Assembly (NCBI GenBank): GCA_963713045.1
Contig: CAVQKE010000004.1
Coordinates: forward strand, 960,001-1,024,000
Reading direction: 5' to 3'
DNA length: 64,000 bases
Origin: an uncultured delta proteobacterium
GTDB lineage: Bacteria; Myxococcota; Myxococcia; Myxococcales; Myxococcaceae
Of this stretch, positions 31,641 through 46,408 are shown in pieces. The position numbers and the translations under genes were made by a program. Positions within the stretch are counted from its first letter, which is position 1; each line of letters begins with the position of its first letter. The notes below the pieces were generated by a model. The model ran no database searches, was not told the origin of the DNA, and saw nothing but the letters and a program-made list of their open reading frames with translations.

Positions 31641-33481
31641 GTCTGTCGCGCTCCCAACCGCTCCAGGACGCCGACGAAAAGCGTCCGCGTCTTCTCGAGC
31701 TGGTCCACCGAGTCGGCCAGTAGAATCAAGTCGGAGCTCTTCGCCGCCGCCTTACTGGAAGCGAGAACCGCCTCTGCCTTGCGCAGCGCGTCCCGGCCAA
31801 ATTCGCTGTTGCCAGCCAGCTGGCGGACCTGGGGCATCAGCGTCTCCACTTCTTTGGCCGCATTCTCCAGGGCGGTCCGCTTGTGGAGTACCTCCGAGGT
31901 GGCACCGGCATCCAGCAGGAAGTCCTCCTGCTCCTCAAGGATGTCCTTCAACTCGGTGTCGGTCAGGCCACCGGAGGCGGTGACGATGATGGACTGCTGC
32001 AGGCCGGTTTCACGGTCGCGCGCCGAGACGGACACGATGCCCTCGGCGTTGATGTCAAAGGTGACGTCGATTTCCACCTCGCCCCGGGTGGCCAGTCGCA
32101 GGCCGGAGAGGATGAATTCCCCCAGCAACTCATTCTGGTGAGCGACGTCGCTCTCCCCCTGAAGGACCATGATTTTGACCGTGGTTTGCCCGTCGCGACT
32201 GGTGTGGAAGGTCTCGGTCACCGAAGTGGGGACCGTCGTATTCTTGGCAATCAGCCGCCGGGTGTACCCCCCGGCAATGGCCACCCCCAAGCTTTGGGGC
32301 GTCACGTCGAGCAGCAGCACCTGACTGTCCGGGCGCAGCAGCGCATCGGCCTGGATGGCCGCGCCGAGCGCCACCACTTCCTCCGGGTGGACGCCCTTGG
32401 AGGGGTCCTTGAAGTGCCGCTGCACCAGCGCTTGCACCAGCGGCATGCGAGTCATGCCTCCGACCAGGATGATTTCCTTCAAGTCGGAGGCGCGCACCTT
32501 GGCCTCCACCAGCACCCCCTCCGCAATCTGCACCGACCGCTCGGCCAGGTCCCGCGTCAACTCCTCCAGCTTGGCTCGACTGAGGCTGGCTTGCAGATGC
32601 AGCGCGGAGGTCCCCCCCGCGGGCGTGTAGAGGAAGGGAAGGTTGATGGCGGTCTCCTGCACCGTGGACAGCTCCATTTTCGCCCGCTCGGCCGCGTCCT
32701 TCAGCCGCTGCAGCGCCATGCGGTCCTTGCGCAGGTCGACACCATGTTCCTTGGCAAAGGCCATCACCAGCCACTCGATGATGCGGTTGTCGAAGTCCTC
32801 GCCGCCCAGGTAGGTGTCCCCGCCGGTGGCCACCACTTCGAAGACGCCCTTGGAGACGTCCAGGACGCTGACGTCGAGCGTGCCGCCGCCCAAGTCAAAG
32901 ACGGCAATTTTGCCATTGAGGCTTCGGGCAAACCCATAAGCCAGCGCCGCGGCGGTCGGTTCATTGATGATGCGCAGCACATCCAACCCGGCGATTCGGC
33001 CCGCGTCCTTGGTGGCCTGCCGTTGTCCGTCGTTGAAATAGGCGGGCACCGTGACCACCGCCTTGGTGACGGTGCGCCCCAGGAAGGCCTCGGCGTCCTT
33101 GCGCAGTTCCTGCAGCACGGCGGCGGAGATTTCCGGAAGCGAGACCGGCCGGTCACCCAGCTGCACCCGGACGTCATCGTGCTCCCCACAGAGGAGGTGG
33201 TAGGGCAGCACTTCGCGGGCCTTCTGAATCTGCGCCGAGCTGTATTTCCGGCCGATGAGCCGCTTGCTGGCGTAGACGGTGTTTTCCGGGTTGGTGATGG
33301 CCTGGCGCTTGGCCAGTTGCCCCACCAGCCGCTTTCCGCCAGCCGTCAGTGCCACCACCGAAGGCGTCAGCAGCTGCCCGGTGCGGTTTTTGATGACCTG
33401 CGGCTGGCCGCCCTGGACCAAAGCCACCACGCTGTTGGTGGTCCCGAGGTCAATTCCAATGACAGGCTCGTGGTCGGCCAT
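31637..33481 (-). CDS. Hsp70/DnaK-family chaperone (non-canonical paralog)
   Basis: IGIDLGTTNS, TVPAYFND, IINEPTAAA, DLGGGTLDVS, linker VLLLDVTP; short divergent C-terminus. Confidence 0.93.
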   Translation of the reverse strand: MADHEPVIGIDLGTTNSVVALVQGGQPQVIKNRTGQLLTPSVVALTAGGKRLVGQLAKRQAITNPENTVYASKRLIGRKYSSAQIQKAREVLPYHLLCGEHDDVRVQLGDRPVSLPEISAAVLQELRKDAEAFLGRTVTKAVVTVPAYFNDGQRQATKDAGRIAGLDVLRIINEPTAAALAYGFARSLNGKIAVFDLGGGTLDVSVLDVSKGVFEVVATGGDTYLGGEDFDNRIIEWLVMAFAKEHGVDLRKDRMALQRLKDAAERAKMELSTVQETAINLPFLYTPAGGTSALHLQASLSRAKLEELTRDLAERSVQIAEGVLVEAKVRASDLKEIILVGGMTRMPLVQALVQRHFKDPSKGVHPEEVVALGAAIQADALLRPDSQVLLLDVTPQSLGVAIAGGYTRRLIAKNTTVPTSVTETFHTSRDGQTTVKIMVLQGESDVAHQNELLGEFILSGLRLATRGEVEIDVTFDINAEGIVSVSARDRETGLQQSIIVTASGGLTDTELKDILEEQEDFLLDAGATSEVLHKRTALENAAKEVETLMPQVRQLAGNSEFGRDALRKAEAVLASSKAAAKSSDLILLADSVDQLEKTRTLFVGVLERLGARQT

Positions 33482-33495
33482 CCCCCGTTCGCACC

Positions 33496-34506
33496 CTACA
33501 CCCAGCGGAGTTTCTTGAGGAGTTGCTTGGCTTGGCCATTGCCTGGGTCGCGTCGTACCGCTGCCTCAAGGTGCCGCCGGGCAAGCTTATTCATCCCCAG
33601 CTGCACGCACAGCGAGCCCAACAGCAAAAGGCTCTCGACGTCGTCGGGCTTGAGGTCCACCGCCTTCTGGGCCAGCGGACGCGCTTCCACGGCAGTCCCG
33701 TTACGGGCCAGAAGCTGAGCGGCGGCCAGTGCCGCTTCATGCGAGGTGGGGTCCAAGGACAGCACCGCCCGGTAGGCGGTCACCGCGCCGGCTGAGTCCC
33801 CCAAGCCGGCGGCCTCCTTCGCGCGCTGCAATTCGGTCTTGGCACGCTCGGCATTCTTCTGTGCCTCGGCCTCTCCCCGCAAAGCCGCCGCCACGCTTCG
33901 TCGAGGGTCGAGCTTCTGTGCGCGGTGCAGCAGCCCCAGCGCGCGCTCGGTCGCCCCGGACTGCAGCTGGGAACGGGCCTCCTCCACCAGCGACTTGGCC
34001 TGGGCGCCTCGCGCCAGGTACGGATGGTGGGCCAGGCGGTTGCGGCGCTCCGCGGCACGGGCGGCGTCCTCCGGGGTGGCGGTGGGACTTGCCGGGGCCG
34101 CCGCGGCAGCGGCAGCGGCCGAAGCAGCGGCCCTCAGTCGCGGGTGCGCCCGCAGGTAAGCGTCACGCTTGGCCGCATCCACCAGCGTGGCGTGGGCCTC
34201 GGCGAGGCGGCGAAAAATGCGCTCCAGGCGACTCTGGTAGCTGCCCAGTTGCTTGCCGAAATAGCGGTCCGGGTGAAAGACGCGCGAGGCTTCGTGGTAG
34301 GCGGCACTCACCTCCTTGGTCGAGGCGCCGGGCTTGAGGCCTAAAAAGGCGTAATGGTCATCACCGAGGGCCGCCTCGCGCGCGAGAATTTCTCGTTTGC
34401 GGTCGAGCGGCAGCTCCACCGCCTCCGAAAGCGCAGCCTCTTGCTCGGTGTTGGGGGCCACGTCCTCGCTCAGCAGGTCGGTTTCGACTCTAGGGGTTGC
34501 CCACAA
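33496..34506 (-). CDS. J-domain protein with C-terminal TPR repeats
   Basis: DHYAFLGL...FHPDRYF (HPD motif) followed by TPR helices. Confidence 0.88.
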   Translation of the reverse strand: MWATPRVETDLLSEDVAPNTEQEAALSEAVELPLDRKREILAREAALGDDHYAFLGLKPGASTKEVSAAYHEASRVFHPDRYFGKQLGSYQSRLERIFRRLAEAHATLVDAAKRDAYLRAHPRLRAAASAAAAAAAAPASPTATPEDAARAAERRNRLAHHPYLARGAQAKSLVEEARSQLQSGATERALGLLHRAQKLDPRRSVAAALRGEAEAQKNAERAKTELQRAKEAAGLGDSAGAVTAYRAVLSLDPTSHEAALAAAQLLARNGTAVEARPLAQKAVDLKPDDVESLLLLGSLCVQLGMNKLARRHLEAAVRRDPGNGQAKQLLKKLRWV

Positions 34507-34513
34507 ACGCTTG

Positions 34514-35782
34514 TCAAATTGCGGACCGGAGGTCCCCGGCGGAAGGTGTCGCCAACGCGCGGCGCACCGCGAGGATGCCCCGGTCCATTTCCTCCGACGT
34601 CACCAGGTAGGCTGGGGCGAAGCGGAGGGTGCGTTCACCGGCCAGGTTGCACAGCACGCCCAACTCGCGCATCCGGCCCACCACCGGCCCAGCGTCCTTC
34701 GCCAATTCCACGCCGAGGAGGAGTCCTTGCCCTCGCACGTCCACCACCTGCTCGGGCAGCTCGGCCTGAAGCCCCCGCAGCCCAGCCAGGAAATAGTCCC
34801 CCTTGCTGCGGACGGCGCTGAGCCAGCTCGGCTCCATCGCCAGGCTCACCGTGGCCAGTGCAGCCGCGGCCGTCACCGGGTTACCGCCGAAGGTGCTTCC
34901 GTGGGTGCCGGGCACCAGCGCACGGCCGGCTTCCTCAGTGCACACCATGGCGCCGATGGGAAGGCCGTTGCCCAGGCCCTTGGCCAGGCTGAAGCCGTCC
35001 GGGCGGATGCCGGCATGCTGGAAGGCAAACATCCGCCCCGTCCGCCCGAGGCCGGTCTGCACCTCGTCCACCAGCAGCAGCACGCCGGCCTCGTCACAAA
35101 GGCCACGCAGCGCCCGGAGAAAGCCCTCCGGCGCCGGCCGCACGCCGCCTTCGCCTTGGATGGGCTCCACCAGCACCGCCGCGGTGCGCGGCCCCATCGC
35201 CCGGCGCACGGCCTCCACGTCCCCGTACGGGACATGCAGCACGCCGGGAAGCAGCGGCTCGAAGCCGCGCTGGTATTTGGACTGGCCAGTGGCGGTCACC
35301 GTGGCCAAGGTGCGGCCATGGAAGCTGTTCTCGAAGCAGATGAATTCGAAACGCTCTGTCTGGCCGCGGTCCCGCTGTGTCTTGCGGGCCAGCTTCAGCA
35401 GCGCCTCATTCGCCTCCGCACCGGAGTTACAGAAGAAGGCCCGGTCCAGTCCGGAGGCCTGGCGCAACTTCTCGGCCAGCGCAATTTGGGGCTCGCTGAA
35501 AAAGACGTTGGAGACGTGCCACAGCTTGTCCAGCTGGGCCTTCACCGCCGCCGTAATTTCCGGATGGCAGTGCCCGAAGGGCAGCGTGGCGATGCCGCCC
35601 AGCAAGTCCAAGTATTCCCTCCCGTCCGCGTCCCACACCCGCGTCCCCTGCCCTCGTTCCAACACCAGCGGCTGCTGCTTGTAGTTTTGGAGGAGGTTGA
35701 CGCGGGCGCGCTCCATCCAGGCCTGACTCTGCACGGTGGAGGTGCGCTGGACGGCGGCGGTGGGGGACAGCGGGGTAAGCAC
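34514..35782 (-). CDS. argD: Acetylornithine/succinyldiaminopimelate aminotransferase
   Basis: FCNSGAEANE, SFHGRT, EPIQGEGG, DEVQTGLGRTG, LAKGLG, HGSTFGGNP. Confidence 0.92.
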   Translation of the reverse strand: MLTPLSPTAAVQRTSTVQSQAWMERARVNLLQNYKQQPLVLERGQGTRVWDADGREYLDLLGGIATLPFGHCHPEITAAVKAQLDKLWHVSNVFFSEPQIALAEKLRQASGLDRAFFCNSGAEANEALLKLARKTQRDRGQTERFEFICFENSFHGRTLATVTATGQSKYQRGFEPLLPGVLHVPYGDVEAVRRAMGPRTAAVLVEPIQGEGGVRPAPEGFLRALRGLCDEAGVLLLVDEVQTGLGRTGRMFAFQHAGIRPDGFSLAKGLGNGLPIGAMVCTEEAGRALVPGTHGSTFGGNPVTAAAALATVSLAMEPSWLSAVRSKGDYFLAGLRGLQAELPEQVVDVRGQGLLLGVELAKDAGPVVGRMRELGVLCNLAGERTLRFAPAYLVTSEEMDRGILAVRRALATPSAGDLRSAI

Positions 35783-35811
35783 GGGGACTCCTCCCTGCGG
35801 CGGACGCTCGA

Positions 35812-37166
<1,355 letters not shown>

Positions 37167-37170
<4 letters not shown>

Positions 37171-37694
37171 AGCTCCTCAAAGCTGAGCTGGTCGTTGGTG
37201 TAGATGCAGATGTTGGCCGCGATGCGCAGCGCGGCCTCGGCCACCGCCCGCGCCGGGAGCGTCGAGTGGGCCAACAGCGCTTGGGCCGCGGCCTGGGCGT
37301 AGGGGCCTCCGCTTCCCACCGCGGCGGCGCCGCCATCGGGCTCAATGACGTCGCCACTGCCGGAGAGGAGGAAGGTCTTCTCCGCGTCTGCCACCAACAG
37401 CAGTGCCTCCAGCCGGCGCAGCGCGCGGTCGGTGCGCCAGTCCTTCGCCAACTCGACGCAGGCCCGGGTGAGGTTTTTCCGGTGCTCCTTCAGCTTGGCC
37501 TCGAACCTTTCGAAGAGGGAGAAGGCATCCGCGGTGCCGCCGGCAAAGCCAGCGATGACCGAGCCGTCCCCCAGCCGGCGCACCTTGCGGGCGCTGGCCT
37601 TCATCACCGTCTTGTCCAGTGTCACCTGGCCGTCGCCCCCGAGTGCGACTTTCCCGTCGCGGCGCACACAGAGAATGGTGGTCCCATGCAGCAT
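37167..37694 (-). CDS. hslV: ATP-dependent protease peptidase subunit
   Basis: [36 protein letters not shown]. Confidence 0.97.
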
Positions 37695-37854
37695 CAGCGT
37701 CCATGTAACAGGGCAGCCCCTGCCCTACCAATTCCTCCGGCACAGCTCCCTCGCGCAAGGCGTCCGATTCGACGGCCGCTCGCTCGGCGGGGAAGGGCCG
37801 GCGACCGGCTTTCTGAAGAGGCCTAGGGTTTGTCGGCCCTGGAGGGCGGCAACC

Positions 37855-38742
37855 TCAGGCGTGGGGATGGGCCTTGTCGTACACCGCCTGCAACAGCTCG
37901 ACGCCGACGTGGGTGTAGCGCTGGGTGGTGGAGAGGCTGGCGTGGCCGAGAAGTTCCTGAATGCTACGCACGTCGGCGCCCCCGGCCAGCAGGTGGGTGG
38001 CGTAGCTGTGCCGAAGGGCGTGGGGGCTGACGTGACGTTGGAGGCCGGCCGCGCGGGCATAGGCCTCAAGGTGCCGGGCCACACTGCGCGCGGTCAGCCG
38101 ACCCCCCCGGAAGTTGAGAAACACGGCGCGGCCGTCCTGGCCTCGGCGGCGACGGGCCAGCACTTCGCCGCGCCGGGCGAGCCAATGCCGCAGCGCCTCG
38201 GCACCTTGGGGGTGAAGCGGGCAGAGCCGTTCCTTCTTCCCCTTGCCAAGGACGCGCAACACGCGCGCCGACAGGTCGACGTCGTCCAGCGACAGCCCGC
38301 AGGCTTCGCTGACGCGAAGTCCGGCGCCGTAGAGGACCTCCAACAGGGCGCGGTCCCGAAGCGCAAGCAGGCTGGCCTCGCCGGGCTGCTCCACCAAGGC
38401 GAAGGCCTCGTCCACCGGGAGAAACTTCGGCAGGGTGACGGGCAGCTTGGGCCCCCGCATGTGGACGGCCGGATTGGCCTTCAGCTGCCCGGTCCGCACC
38501 AGGTGGCGGTAGAAGGCCTTCACCGAGGCCAGCGCCCGGGCGCGGCTGCGCGGCGCGTGGTCCACCGCCAGGACGCCGAGCCAGCCCCGGACTGCCAGGT
38601 GCTTGGCCCCGAGAAGCGACGTCCCTTGCGCTTCTAGGTACCGGCCAAAGGCGGTGACGTCGCGCAGGTAGTTGCGGACGGTGTGCGGCGAGGCGCCGCG
38701 CCGCTGGAGCGCCTTCCGGAAGTCCGCGAGGGTGGTTTGCAC
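37855..38742 (-). CDS. xerC: Tyrosine recombinase XerC
   Basis: RDRALLEVLYGAGLRVSE, GKGKKER, HALRHSYATHLL, LLGHASLSTTQRYTH; next to hslVU. Confidence 0.9.
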   Translation of the reverse strand: MQTTLADFRKALQRRGASPHTVRNYLRDVTAFGRYLEAQGTSLLGAKHLAVRGWLGVLAVDHAPRSRARALASVKAFYRHLVRTGQLKANPAVHMRGPKLPVTLPKFLPVDEAFALVEQPGEASLLALRDRALLEVLYGAGLRVSEACGLSLDDVDLSARVLRVLGKGKKERLCPLHPQGAEALRHWLARRGEVLARRRRGQDGRAVFLNFRGGRLTARSVARHLEAYARAAGLQRHVSPHALRHSYATHLLAGGADVRSIQELLGHASLSTTQRYTHVGVELLQAVYDKAHPHA

Positions 38743-38785
38743 GGGCGCCGGCGAGGCTACGGCAGCCCAGGGCTTCGCCCAAATT

Positions 38786-40381
38786 TCACGGTCCGGCTTC
38801 GCACAGGTACAGCCCCGAGCGGCCCTTTTCCGAGACCAGGTACACCACCCGTTTGCCGGCCGGGTCGGCGAAAAGCGCCGGCAACAGGGTGAAGGTGTCC
38901 AGCGTCTTCCGCTCGCCGGTGCGCCGGTTGTAGACGGCGGTGTCGTAGGTGTCGGAGTCCAGCCGGGCGTAGGAGACCAGCAACCGCTCGCCCGTCTCGG
39001 AGGCCTTGAAGCTGAAAATGCCTTCGAGAATTTGCTTCGGGGCCTGGTGTGGCTGGGCCAGGTCAAGCTCGCTCAGCCCGCAGGAGCGCGGCTGGTCGCG
39101 CTGGGACTGGCGGAGGCATTCGCTGCGGAAAAGCAGCACGTCCCCGGGTGCAATGGCAAAGCCGTAGACGCCTTCCTTCACCCGGAAGGCCTGCTCCTCG
39201 CCGCGCACATAGAGGTAGAGGTCCATGCTGGGCAGCGGTTGGATGACTTCCACGTTGAAGGCGACAAAGCGGCCGTCCTTGCCCCACTCGCCGGTGTGGG
39301 CCCGCTCCAGCAGCGTCCGCACCTTGCGCGAAGGCAGCTCGACGACGAGGAGCGTCCCTCGGTCGTGCTGTTGATTGTAGAAGTCCAGCGCCCAGACGGC
39401 CGACCCGTCGGGCGCGAAGCCGAAGCGCCCCACCTTGCTTCCCACCGGCCGGGCCTCTGCGCCGCTGGCCGGCCCCACCAGGAAGGCCCCCACCACCACC
39501 CGGCCCATCGCGTCGCGCTTGCCTTCAATGCGCCCCAGCCAACGGCTGTCCGGGGAGAAGCCATACAGCCCCACCCCGGAGGCTGCCTTCACCGGGGGCC
39601 CGGCGTCCAAGCTGCTGACCCAGAGGTCCCACACGTCGCGGGCAAGGGGACTGGCTTCGGTGAAGGCGAGGTGGCGGCCGTCTGGGGCCACTTCATAGTC
39701 CGCCACCCGTTCGGCCAGCTTGCTGGCGGCACCGCCTTCGGTGGGCAGCTGCAACAGGGCGCCGCCCGCGGCGGCGCGCCGCAGGGCGAGGAGGCGGGTG
39801 CCGCCCAGGGCAAACTTCGCCGTGGAGACGTCCGTCGCCACCGCCCGCGCGCTGCTGCCGGTTTCCAGCGGCGCCAGCTTCAGCACGCCGGCGTCGACGA
39901 AGGCGAAGAAGCGGCCGTCTGGGCTGACGGTGACGAAGCTGACGGAGTGGCCGCGCGTCTCCGCCTCGCCGGGTGCGTCCAGCCGCTGCGTCCGCAGCGT
40001 GCCGGCCCCGGAGGCCAAGTCGAAGTCGGTGAGGAAGAGAAGCCAGCGGCCGTCTGGACTGAAGAGGGCTGCCCCCGGCTTGTTGGGCACGTGTGCCGCC
40101 AGGCTGCGCGCTTCACCAGTGGCCAGCGAGACAGCCAGCAGCTCGCCCACGGCGCTTTTGGGGTTGATGCTGTCCGGGTTGACGCCTTCCAAGGACGGGC
40201 GCACCGGGCTTTTTAAAAACGTGGCCCAGGCGCCGTCACGGGACAGCCGGAGGTCCGTCCCGGCCCCGGCCACCAGGCGCCGTCCGAGGCCTCCCACCAG
40301 CGGCTTGGCGGGGACTTCGGCCTGCTTGGGGCAAGCCGCCAACACCAGCGCCGCCGCCCACCACCGCCGCTGGCCCTTCAC
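38786..40381 (-). CDS. aglU: TolB/WD40-like beta-propeller lipoprotein (AglU-like)
   Basis: LVLAAC lipobox; repeated FSPDGRW/VSPDGRF/VAPDGRH/FAPDGS blades; directly downstream of short-GidA/TrmFO, as recalled for M. xanthus aglU. Confidence 0.72.
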   Translation of the reverse strand: MKGQRRWWAAALVLAACPKQAEVPAKPLVGGLGRRLVAGAGTDLRLSRDGAWATFLKSPVRPSLEGVNPDSINPKSAVGELLAVSLATGEARSLAAHVPNKPGAALFSPDGRWLLFLTDFDLASGAGTLRTQRLDAPGEAETRGHSVSFVTVSPDGRFFAFVDAGVLKLAPLETGSSARAVATDVSTAKFALGGTRLLALRRAAAGGALLQLPTEGGAASKLAERVADYEVAPDGRHLAFTEASPLARDVWDLWVSSLDAGPPVKAASGVGLYGFSPDSRWLGRIEGKRDAMGRVVVGAFLVGPASGAEARPVGSKVGRFGFAPDGSAVWALDFYNQQHDRGTLLVVELPSRKVRTLLERAHTGEWGKDGRFVAFNVEVIQPLPSMDLYLYVRGEEQAFRVKEGVYGFAIAPGDVLLFRSECLRQSQRDQPRSCGLSELDLAQPHQAPKQILEGIFSFKASETGERLLVSYARLDSDTYDTAVYNRRTGERKTLDTFTLLPALFADPAGKRVVYLVSEKGRSGLYLCEAGP

Positions 40382-41754
40382 CCAACCGCCCTCCGCCCGG
40401 GCGCGGGCAGGCCCACCGGGCGGGCGTGCAGCGCGGCCGGGTCCCCCCCCAGCGTCCGACGCCACGCCAACAACTCGCGCTGGGCCCGCGCCAGGTAGGC
40501 CCCCCGCTTGTCCTCCCGTCGCACCCGCCCGGGAAGGGGCGGGAAGAGGCTGAAGGTGACGTTGGTGGGCGTGTGGGGGTGGCCGGCGGGGTGGGCCTCG
40601 CCGGTGACGTGGCGGTACAGGGCACCCAGTGCCGTCCCTGCCGGCGGGGGATGAAACGGCCGTCCAAGAAGGCGCGCGTGCACAGAAAGCGCCACCAAGT
40701 ACCCGCACGCGGCGGATTCGACGTAGCCCTCCACGCCTGTAATTTGGCCGGCGAAAAACAGGCGGGGCTGGCTGTTCAGCGACAAGTCCGCCCCCAGAAG
40801 GCGCGGGGAGTCGACGTAGGTGTTGCGATGGATTTGGCCAAGCCGGAGAAACTCGGCCTCGGCCAGCCCCGGCAGGGTGCGGAAAATCCGCCGCTGCTCG
40901 GGCCAGGTGAGGCGCGTCTGGAAGCCCACCAGGTTGTAGGCCGTTCCGCCGACGTCCTCCTGGCGCAGCTGCACCACCGCGTAGGGCCGCTTCCCGGTGC
41001 GCGGGTCGGAAAGGCCCACCGGCTTCATCGGCCCGTGCGCCAGCACTTCCGCCCCGCGCTCGGCCATCACCTCCACCGGCAGGCACCCCTCAAAGTAGCG
41101 GGGTTCCTCGAAGTCATGCGGCGTCACCTTCTCCGCGGTGCGCAAGGCCTCGACGAAGCGGTGGTAGGCCTCCTCCTCGAGCGGCAGGTTGAGGTAGTCC
41201 GCCCCCTCTCCCCGCCCCCAGCGGCTGGCCCGAAAGGCCACCGTGGTGTCCACTGAATCGGCGGAGACGATGGGCGCAATGGCGTCGTAGAAGTAAAGCC
41301 GCGTCCCGACGTGCCGCTCGAGTTCGCCGGTCAGCGCCTCCGCGGTCAGTGGGCCAGTGGCCACCACCACCGTCCCTTCGGGCAGTTTCTCCACCTCCCC
41401 GTGCCACACCGAGAGGCGCGGAGTGCGGGTCAGCACTGCCGTCACGCCCAGAGAGAAGCGGCTCCGGTCCACCGCGAGGGCCTCGCCTGCTGGCACCCGC
41501 GCCCGGTCGGCTTCACCCAGCACCAAAGAGCCAAGGGCACGAAGTTCATGGTGCAGCATGCCAATGGCGCTGTCCTCCGCGTCCGAGCGAAAGGAGTTGC
41601 TGCACACCAATTCCGCCAGCGCGTCGCTGCGATGGGCGGCCGAGCGCCGCACCGGCTTCATTTCGCGCAGCACCACGCTGAGGCCGCGGCGCGCAAGCTG
41701 GTAGGCGCACTCGCTACCGGCGAGGCCGCCTCCAATGACTGTCACCGCGGGCAT
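40378..41754 (-). CDS. trmFO: Folate/FAD-dependent tRNA (uracil-54) methyltransferase
   Basis: [49 protein letters not shown]. Confidence 0.96.
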   Translation of the reverse strand: MPAVTVIGGGLAGSECAYQLARRGLSVVLREMKPVRRSAAHRSDALAELVCSNSFRSDAEDSAIGMLHHELRALGSLVLGEADRARVPAGEALAVDRSRFSLGVTAVLTRTPRLSVWHGEVEKLPEGTVVVATGPLTAEALTGELERHVGTRLYFYDAIAPIVSADSVDTTVAFRASRWGRGEGADYLNLPLEEEAYHRFVEALRTAEKVTPHDFEEPRYFEGCLPVEVMAERGAEVLAHGPMKPVGLSDPRTGKRPYAVVQLRQEDVGGTAYNLVGFQTRLTWPEQRRIFRTLPGLAEAEFLRLGQIHRNTYVDSPRLLGADLSLNSQPRLFFAGQITGVEGYVESAACGYLVALSVHARLLGRPFHPPPAGTALGALYRHVTGEAHPAGHPHTPTNVTFSLFPPLPGRVRREDKRGAYLARAQRELLAWRRTLGGDPAALHARPVGLPAPGRRAVG

Positions 41755-41854
41755 GGCAGCCTGCTTCCTGCAACGGGGGCCGGCCGAAGTCCAGTGCCCG
41801 CTGGAGGTCCTGGACCTACGTCACAGGGGCACCAGGGGGGCCAAGGGCTTTTCG

Positions 41855-42463
41855 TCAGTTGGTGGGGGCCGCCTCGCTGGCGGCGGCTTCCCCTCGTTGC
41901 AGGACCACGAAGCGGTAGTTTTCAAGCTCGTTCTGCCCGGCGGTGTACAGCACCGTGAGGAGCAAGTCATAGGGGATGCGGCGGTCTCCAATGACGGACA
42001 ACTCTTTGCTGAAGGGCGCCGCAGGGTTTCTCTCGGCGATGTATTTCAGCTTCTCAACTTCCCGGCGCAGGGCCTGGTCCAGCGGCACCACCAACCGGCC
42101 GTTGAGAGCCGCCGGCGGGACCTGCCCGTGCTCCAGCGCCACCACCACCCGGTCGCCGACCAGGATGTCCTTGGGGGTGATGGTCACCGCCACCGTGTCC
42201 CGCGGAGTGGCCCGGGTGCTGGACACCGGCGGCTTGATGTCCTCGGACTGGGTCAAAGAGATGGCCGAGGCGGTGTAGGACTTGAGGAGGAAGACCAGGA
42301 TGATGGTCATCATGTCCATCATCGCGACGATGTTCAGCTCGCGAATTTGGGCATGGTAGTCCCGTTCGATGCGCTTCTTGCGCGTCATCGCCTTGCGAAA
42401 CATGAGGCGCTGCAGCGTCTCGTCATCGAGGGACGGCGAGGGAGGGGCTTGGGGGCCGGCCAT
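41855..42463 (-). CDS. ExbD/TolR-family motor subunit (AglS-like paralog)
   Basis: ELNIVAMMDMMTIILVFLL TM with conserved Asp; IGDRRIPYDLL. Confidence 0.88.
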   Translation of the reverse strand: MAGPQAPPSPSLDDETLQRLMFRKAMTRKKRIERDYHAQIRELNIVAMMDMMTIILVFLLKSYTASAISLTQSEDIKPPVSSTRATPRDTVAVTITPKDILVGDRVVVALEHGQVPPAALNGRLVVPLDQALRREVEKLKYIAERNPAAPFSKELSVIGDRRIPYDLLLTVLYTAGQNELENYRFVVLQRGEAAASEAAPTN

Positions 42464-42464
42464 T

Positions 42465-43001
42465 TTACAGCGCTCCCAGCGTCACGTCGGGGAAGAGGAC
42501 TTTTCTCTCCGGCGCCGGCGACTCGCGGACCGCGTCCATGGTGCTCACCAGCACTTCGTAGGGGATGTCCGCCTCGGCGCCGATGATGACTTTGGTCTCC
42601 GCGGGGAATTCCTTTTTGACGCCCACCAAGTCCGCAGTCAGGCCGGCGTAGTCATAGCTGCCATCGGGCCTTCTCGGCAGGGTGGGAGGGACTTCGGCCG
42701 GATTCACCGAGCCACTCTGCGGGCCGAGGATTCCGCCAGCGCCCGCCACGTAGAAGCCCTTCTTGGAGACCAGCACCGACAACAGCAGCTTGGGCTTGTC
42801 CCCCTCGTCCGGGGACGCCGCCGCCCCGCCATAGCTGGGCGCGCTGACGTTGAGGATGCCGAACGCCGCTAAGCCGGTAATCGACAACAGCATGAACATG
42901 ATGAGGTTCATCAGGACGTCGAGGTAGGGAACGATGTTGAGTTCCCCCAGCTCGTGCTCCTCGCGGGGCTTCAGCTTTCGGCGGCTGTAAAAGAAGGCCA
43001 T
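42465..43001 (-). CDS. ExbD/TolR-family motor subunit (AglQ-like paralog)
   Basis: ELNIVPYLDVLMNLIMFML with conserved Asp; AEADIPYEVLVSTMD. Confidence 0.88.
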   Translation of the reverse strand: MAFFYSRRKLKPREEHELGELNIVPYLDVLMNLIMFMLLSITGLAAFGILNVSAPSYGGAAASPDEGDKPKLLLSVLVSKKGFYVAGAGGILGPQSGSVNPAEVPPTLPRRPDGSYDYAGLTADLVGVKKEFPAETKVIIGAEADIPYEVLVSTMDAVRESPAPERKVLFPDVTLGAL

Positions 43002-43004
43002 CCG

Positions 43005-43742
43005 TCAGGCCGACTTTTCGTAGTCCATGGCCGACGTCTCGCCGGCGGCGCGCCGGGAGAGGATGTTCTCCAGCTTCAGCGCACTCAACTCCACCGTGTC
43101 CACCATCCGCTTGGCGTAGGCCGACAGGAAGAGGTGGGCCACGATGCAGGTGACGGCGATGGACAAACCGAAGGCGGTGTTGTTCATCGCCTCGGAGATG
43201 CCGTTGGAGAGCAGCGCTTGCTTTTGGTCGGCCGGGACGTTGCCGAGGGCCTGGAAGGTGCCGATGAGGCCCACGATGGTGCCAATCAGCCCGACCAGCG
43301 TGGCGATGTTGGCCAGCGACCAGAGCCATGGAATTCGCGATTGGATGGGGGGCGTGTATTCAAGAAGGGCCTCCTCCACCGCCTTGGCCACCTCCATCTC
43401 GCCGCGGTTGGCACGCGTCAGCCCAGCGCTGATGACTTTCGCCAAGGGCGCATTGGGTGCCGCCCGGCACAGCTTCACCGCGCGGTCGACGTTTCCCTGG
43501 AGGACCAGCTTCGTAATCTGGTCCATGAAGGGCTCGGCGTTGAGGTTGTAGCGGAAGAGGAGCGTGACGATGCGCTCGACGATGACGGCGATGGCCACCG
43601 CCATCCAGAAGATGTTGACGTACATCAGCGGTCCGCCCTCTTGAAAGAAGCGGACGATGCTGTTTTTGACACTGCCACCAGCGGCCGGCGCAGCAGCGAG
43701 GACCACCACATCCAAGAGGTGGTTCAGTGTGGGGAGTACCAA
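43005..43742 (-). CDS. MotA/TolQ/ExbB proton-channel subunit (AglR-like paralog)
   Basis: FQEGGPLM, ATLVGLIGTIVGLI, GISEAMNNTAFGL. Confidence 0.92.
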   Translation of the reverse strand: MVLPTLNHLLDVVVLAAAPAAGGSVKNSIVRFFQEGGPLMYVNIFWMAVAIAVIVERIVTLLFRYNLNAEPFMDQITKLVLQGNVDRAVKLCRAAPNAPLAKVISAGLTRANRGEMEVAKAVEEALLEYTPPIQSRIPWLWSLANIATLVGLIGTIVGLIGTFQALGNVPADQKQALLSNGISEAMNNTAFGLSIAVTCIVAHLFLSAYAKRMVDTVELSALKLENILSRRAAGETSAMDYEKSA

Positions 43743-43848
43743 CGGGTGGTTCCTTTCGGAGCGGGAGCGCCGCTCAAGGGCGCGGGCAGGGAAGGCGATT
43801 CAAAACGGCCCCGCCGAGCGCGGGCGTCCCTCGATGCCATCGCCTCAA

Positions 43849-43877
43849 ATCGTCCCGTTTCGAGGCTGAGGTGTCAA
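43849..43877 (-). promoter_or_regulatory. Putative sigma70-type promoter of the motor operon
   Basis: TTGACA-17 bp-GACGAT on the minus strand; the -10 element is weak. Confidence 0.35.
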
Positions 43878-43906
43878 GAACCAGAAAGCGACGGCCCCCC
43901 GGCGCC

Positions 43907-46408
<2,502 letters not shown>

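Noticed and set aside
37710..37726. Hairpin AGGGCAG-CCC-CTGCCCT upstream of hslV as an RNA thermometer or CIRCE element
   Set aside because: It does not match CIRCE and does not clearly sequester a ribosome-binding site; a 7-bp GC stem is expected by chance.
37855..38742. Tyrosine recombinase as a possible phage or island integrase
   Set aside because: Sequence and the xerC-hslVU context match housekeeping XerC; no att sites or cargo genes nearby.
41855..43742. Calling the motor genes aglR/aglQ/aglS
   Set aside because: The architecture matches, but sequence and context suggest a paralogous cluster; orthology needs a phylogeny.
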